NCBI GenBank assembly: GCA_045646345.1
Contig: JAZRKN010000001.1
Location: 128,001-192,000 of the forward strand
Direction: 5' to 3'
Length of the DNA: 64,000 nucleotides
Source: Candidatus Scatovivens sp.
GTDB lineage: Bacteria > Bacillota > Clostridia > TANB77 > CAG-508
Shown here: piece after piece, positions 60,550 through 64,000 of the stretch
Numbering within the stretch: position 1 is the stretch's first letter
Layout of the letters: each line of letters opens with the position of its first letter
Made by a program: the position numbers and the translations under genes
Notes under the pieces: generated by a model
The model's database searches: none
What the model saw: only the letters and a program-made list of their open reading frames with translations
Told to the model about the DNA's origin: nothing

Positions 60550-60756
60550 TTATTCTTCTGTTTCTTCTAATTTTTCTACTTTACCTTCTGCAATTTCAGT
60601 AGCTGCTAATGTAACAACTGATCTGTCCTTTGCTTTTGTTTGAACTGTATCACCACTAGCAATTTGTCTTGCTCTTCTAGCTGTCATTATTACTAGAGAA
60701 TATCTGTTATCCCCTACTTTTTCTAATAATTCTGATACTGTTGGTTTTACTATCAT
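60550..60756 (-). CDS. rpoZ: RNA polymerase omega subunit
   Basis: PTVSELL..NRYSLVIMTARRARQI. Confidence 0.93.
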   Translation of the reverse strand: MIVKPTVSELLEKVGDNRYSLVIMTARRARQIASGDTVQTKAKDRSVVTLAATEIAEGKVEKLEETEE

Positions 60757-60777
60757 TTTTATATTTCCTCCTTAAAT

Positions 60778-61038
60778 TTATTTGTTTTCATCATCACTAT
60801 CTAATCCTGTATCAACTCTTCCTGCGATTGTTTCTGGTTGAACAGCAGACAAGATTATATGTCCAGAATCCATTATAATAACAGATCTTGTTCTTCTTCC
60901 ATATGTTGCATCAATAGCATTTTTTCCATCTTTTGCTTCTTGTACAATTCTTTTTATTGGAGCTGAATCTGGACTTACTATTGAAATAATTCTTTCTGCA
61001 GAAACAATATTACCAAAACCGATATTAATTAGTTGCAT
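60778..61038 (-). CDS. remA: RemA/DUF370 family regulator
   Basis: [35 protein letters not shown]. Confidence 0.95.
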   Translation of the reverse strand: MQLINIGFGNIVSAERIISIVSPDSAPIKRIVQEAKDGKNAIDATYGRRTRSVIIMDSGHIILSAVQPETIAGRVDTGLDSDDENK

Positions 61039-61087
61039 AATTTTTACCTACCTTTAAAAAAATTTAGATTTAGAGTTTCTATAAACT

Positions 61088-61963
61088 TTATTCAATATTT
61101 TGTATTTGTTCTCTTATGTTTTCAACTTCTGTTTTTATTTCAATAACTTTATTTGTTATATCTAAAGAATTCGCTTTAGATCCTATAGTATTTACTTCTC
61201 TATTTATTTCTTGGATAAGAAAATCAATTTTCTTTCCTATAGGTGAACTTTGTTTAATTAATTCTAAGAATTGTCCTATATGACTTTTTAATCTCGTTAA
61301 TTCTTCTTCTATTGATGATTTATCTGAGAATATAACAATTTCTTGCATTAATCTAGCTTCATCAACTACTCCTGGTGCAAGCAATTCATTAACTCTTGCT
61401 TGTAATCTTGCCATATATTCTTCCACTAATGTGCTTGAAAAATTTGTTATTTCATTTACTTTTTCTTGAATTAAATAAATTCTTCTTTCTATATCTTCAA
61501 TTAATTTTTGTCCTTCAGATTCTCTCATTAAAACAAAATTTTCAAGAGCGGAATCTAAAGCAATCATAACTTCTTGGCCTATTAATTCATCATTATCTTC
61601 ATCTTCAAGTTTTAAAATTTCTGGAAATTTAGAAACATCAATAACATTCAAATCAAATCTTAATTCTGCTTCTTCTGCTAAAGATTTTAATTCTTTTATA
61701 TATTCTTTAGCTAATTCTTTATTTATTCTAATTGTTGTTCCTTGGCTGCTATAATTTTCAAAAGAAACAAATATATCAATCTTTCCTCTTGAAATCACTT
61801 CTGCAACTCTTTTTCTTATTTTGTCTTCAACGCTATTTAAAAATCTAGGAATTCTAACATTTATATCACTATATTTATGATTTACTGATTTTATTTCTAC
61901 AGTATATGTTCTTCCTTCGTTTTCATACTTTCCACGGCCAAAGCCTGTCATACTTTTAATCAA
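61088..61963 (-). CDS. yloC: YicC/YloC family endoribonuclease
   Basis: SMTGFGR, EIKSVNHKY, EELTRL.SH, GKKIDFLIQE.NRE.NTIGSK, REQIQNIE. Confidence 0.95.
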   Translation of the reverse strand: MIKSMTGFGRGKYENEGRTYTVEIKSVNHKYSDINVRIPRFLNSVEDKIRKRVAEVISRGKIDIFVSFENYSSQGTTIRINKELAKEYIKELKSLAEEAELRFDLNVIDVSKFPEILKLEDEDNDELIGQEVMIALDSALENFVLMRESEGQKLIEDIERRIYLIQEKVNEITNFSSTLVEEYMARLQARVNELLAPGVVDEARLMQEIVIFSDKSSIEEELTRLKSHIGQFLELIKQSSPIGKKIDFLIQEINREVNTIGSKANSLDITNKVIEIKTEVENIREQIQNIE

Positions 61964-61982
61964 TTTATTTACCTCTTTCTTT

Positions 61983-62672
61983 TTATTTTTTCTTTATCTT
62001 TTGTTTTGTATTTTTAACATTTGTTGTTTTTTTAGTTTTTTGTTCTTTTTCTTTTAAAGCTTTTTTTGCTTGCTCTTTTTGAACTGTTTTTATTTTTTGT
62101 TTTTTTATTATAGCCTTTCTAATTTCTTCTTCCTCTTCTAATTTAGCTCTATAAGTTTTTTTACTATCTTCTTCTAAATAACCTTTTCTTTCATCATCTT
62201 TAACCAAATCTTTGATGTCACTCAAATTGTTTCTATGTTTAAACTGATTTTGTTTAAATATAACATAAGATTTAAAAGCATAATATATAAGAAGTGCAGC
62301 AGGAAGAATCATAATCATATTTCTTAAATAAGCATTGGTATGCAAATATATATACGGTATGTATAACGAAAGTACACCACAAGTTAATAATTCCACACCT
62401 ATTAAAGCAAGTTTTTTACTATCTTTTCTGTAAGCAATTTCTATATCTATTACAGTTATTATAATAATTCCTAAAGCAAAATATTTCATATATTGTTCAA
62501 AAATATTATGTTCAAATTTATAATACATTAAGTTTATTGCAACTAAATACGCAACAATAATCACCGCTGCTATTAACGTATGAAAAATATTAGTTTTAAT
62601 ATTTTCTTTAACATTTTGAGGCAATTTTCTTTTTTGTTCAATTTCCAACTGCATTAGCTTAGCTTTTTCCAA
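61983..62672 (-). CDS. hypothetical four-TM membrane protein with basic tail
   Basis: 229-aa ORF, four hydrophobic segments; TTG start. Confidence 0.72.
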   Translation of the reverse strand: MEKAKLMQLEIEQKRKLPQNVKENIKTNIFHTLIAAVIIVAYLVAINLMYYKFEHNIFEQYMKYFALGIIIITVIDIEIAYRKDSKKLALIGVELLTCGVLSLYIPYIYLHTNAYLRNMIMILPAALLIYYAFKSYVIFKQNQFKHRNNLSDIKDLVKDDERKGYLEEDSKKTYRAKLEEEEEIRKAIIKKQKIKTVQKEQAKKALKEKEQKTKKTTNVKNTKQKIKKK

Positions 62673-62675
62673 TGG

Positions 62676-63431
62676 TTAATTCCCTCCATTTTCCAATTCA
62701 TACATTATTATTGAAGCAACTTGAAGAGCTACTGTTTCAGTTCTTAAAATTCTATTACCTAAACTTATAACTTTGGCACCGTTATTTTTTAACAATTCAA
62801 CTTCCTCTATATCTAATCCACCTTCTGGTCCAATTAAAACAGCAATTTTATAAGTTTGTTTTGTGTTTTTTATTTTCAGCAATTCTTCTTTTATATAAGT
62901 TTCTTTTTCCATTTCATATGCAACTAAAACTAAATCATATTCATTAATTTTATCCGCAATTTGTTTTATATTTTCCAAACTAGTTACTTTAGGAATTAAA
63001 TCTCTTCCACTTTGTTTTGCAGCAACTTCTGCAATTTTATTCCATCTTTCTATTTTCTTAACTTGATCTTTTCCATCAAGTTTAACAATGCATCTTTTCA
63101 TATTAACTGGAACAAATTCTACAACACCTAATTCGGTTCCCTTTTGAATTATTAATTCCATTTTATCAGCTTTAGGTAACCCTTGAAATATATGTAGTTC
63201 GACACTACCTTCTGCTTTATTTTCCATTTCTTCTAAAATTTCACATTCAACTTTTTTCGAAGAGATTTCTGTTATTTTGCATCTATAATTTTTTGAATTA
63301 TCTTGATCACATATTATTATTTCGTCATCAACATTTAATCTTAAAACATTTTTTATGTGATTGATATCTTCATCAATTATTTCTATTTTATTATTATATA
63401 TTTGATTTTCTTTTACAAAAAATTTACTCAA
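62676..63431 (-). CDS. rsmE: 16S rRNA m3U1498 methyltransferase
   Basis: HIKNVLRL, QKGTELG, AAKQSGR, IGPEGG, LGNRILRTETV. Confidence 0.96.
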   Translation of the reverse strand: MSKFFVKENQIYNNKIEIIDEDINHIKNVLRLNVDDEIIICDQDNSKNYRCKITEISSKKVECEILEEMENKAEGSVELHIFQGLPKADKMELIIQKGTELGVVEFVPVNMKRCIVKLDGKDQVKKIERWNKIAEVAAKQSGRDLIPKVTSLENIKQIADKINEYDLVLVAYEMEKETYIKEELLKIKNTKQTYKIAVLIGPEGGLDIEEVELLKNNGAKVISLGNRILRTETVALQVASIIMYELENGGN

Positions 63432-63480
63432 AGCTTTATTTTCTCCTAACCCTTGATTTTCATATTATATCACAGGTTTT

Positions 63481-63531
63481 CAAAGAAATAAAGAGATTTT
63501 TAAAGAAATTCAAAGAAATTTAAAGATATTT
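63481..63531. repeat. degenerate 10-bp tandem repeat (AAAGAAATT-like, five units)
   Basis: caaagaaata aagagatttt taaagaaatt caaagaaatt taaagatatt. Confidence 0.55.
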
Positions 63532-63597
63532 ATCATTCCAATATAATTGCAAAATAAAAAATCGCTGCTATTTTTATTGAGCGATTTCTTTTCATAT

Positions 63598-64000
63598 TTA
63601 AAGTTCATAATTATCTGGAAAAACATTTTTATCTTCTCTTTTTATTTTTTCAATATAATCATATATATTTAATTTAGAAACTTTGTCTATAAAATTTTCC
63701 ATTATATTTTCTGGTAAAAGATTTTTTCCTTTACTATCATCAACATTCATTCTTATTAGTGTTTTCTTTATATTGCTTTCCATTACTTCATCTAAATTTA
63801 GTGAATGAATATTATATTTCTCTTCTAAATAATGATTTGTTTTTCTATATGTATAATACAAATCTTGAATCATTTTATCGTAATCAACACTTGCTAAATA
63901 TTCATCACTTAATATCTCTTGATAAAATATGAAATCTGTTGCTAAGTGTAAAAATACTCCTTTTTCAAAATCTGATTCGACATTATTTTCTTTTAAAAAT
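63598..64000 (-). CDS. zinc-dependent phospholipase C-like / hydrolase, 5' end outside window
   Basis: Frame stays open to the window edge: FLKENNVESDFEKGVFLHLATDFIFY (G.xLHL.xD motif). Confidence 0.6.
   Translation of the reverse strand, partial: FLKENNVESDFEKGVFLHLATDFIFYQEILSDEYLASVDYDKMIQDLYYTYRKTNHYLEEKYNIHSLNLDEVMESNIKKTLIRMNVDDSKGKNLLPENIMENFIDKVSKLNIYDYIEKIKREDKNVFPDNYEL

Noticed and set aside
1-64000. CRISPR arrays, rRNA, transposases, integrases, prophage genes
   Set aside because: No repeat-spacer array, rRNA-like segment or ORF with such motifs was seen

Overview
Very AT-rich chromosomal window from a spore-forming Clostridia-type firmicute. The reduced gene set, pilin-like and long acidic orphan proteins suggest an uncultured TANB77-like lineage, but this is inference only. 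It holds about 62 CDS, mostly on the minus strand: the dTDP-rhamnose genes (rfbDACB), glmU, typA, plsC-cmk, glgP, dxs, spoIVA, a gerA/B/C germinant-receptor operon, a VWA/SBP/XpaC/TelA operon, tRNA-Trp with a 1-kb integrase-less islet carrying a HEPN-like gene, efp, sleB, fhs, the xseA/nusB/asp23 cluster and the fmt-def-priA / gmk-rpoZ-remA-yicC-rsmE cluster. Most striking: gerA and gerC are broken exactly at in-frame CGG-A. Reading CGGA as one Gly (a +1 shift, once in gerA and twice in tandem in gerC) restores conserved full-length proteins, while CGG is otherwise almost unused in the window. This points to a possible codon-specific programmed +1 frameshifting / quadruplet-decoding system; pseudogenisation or sequence error cannot be excluded from sequence alone. 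Also notable: a tRNA-Trp with a 4-bp anticodon stem together with no TGA stop codons, hairpin-separated Shine-Dalgarno sites, and a shared WalR-like box upstream of glycogen-related and acidic genes. All codon and motif scans were done by eye.
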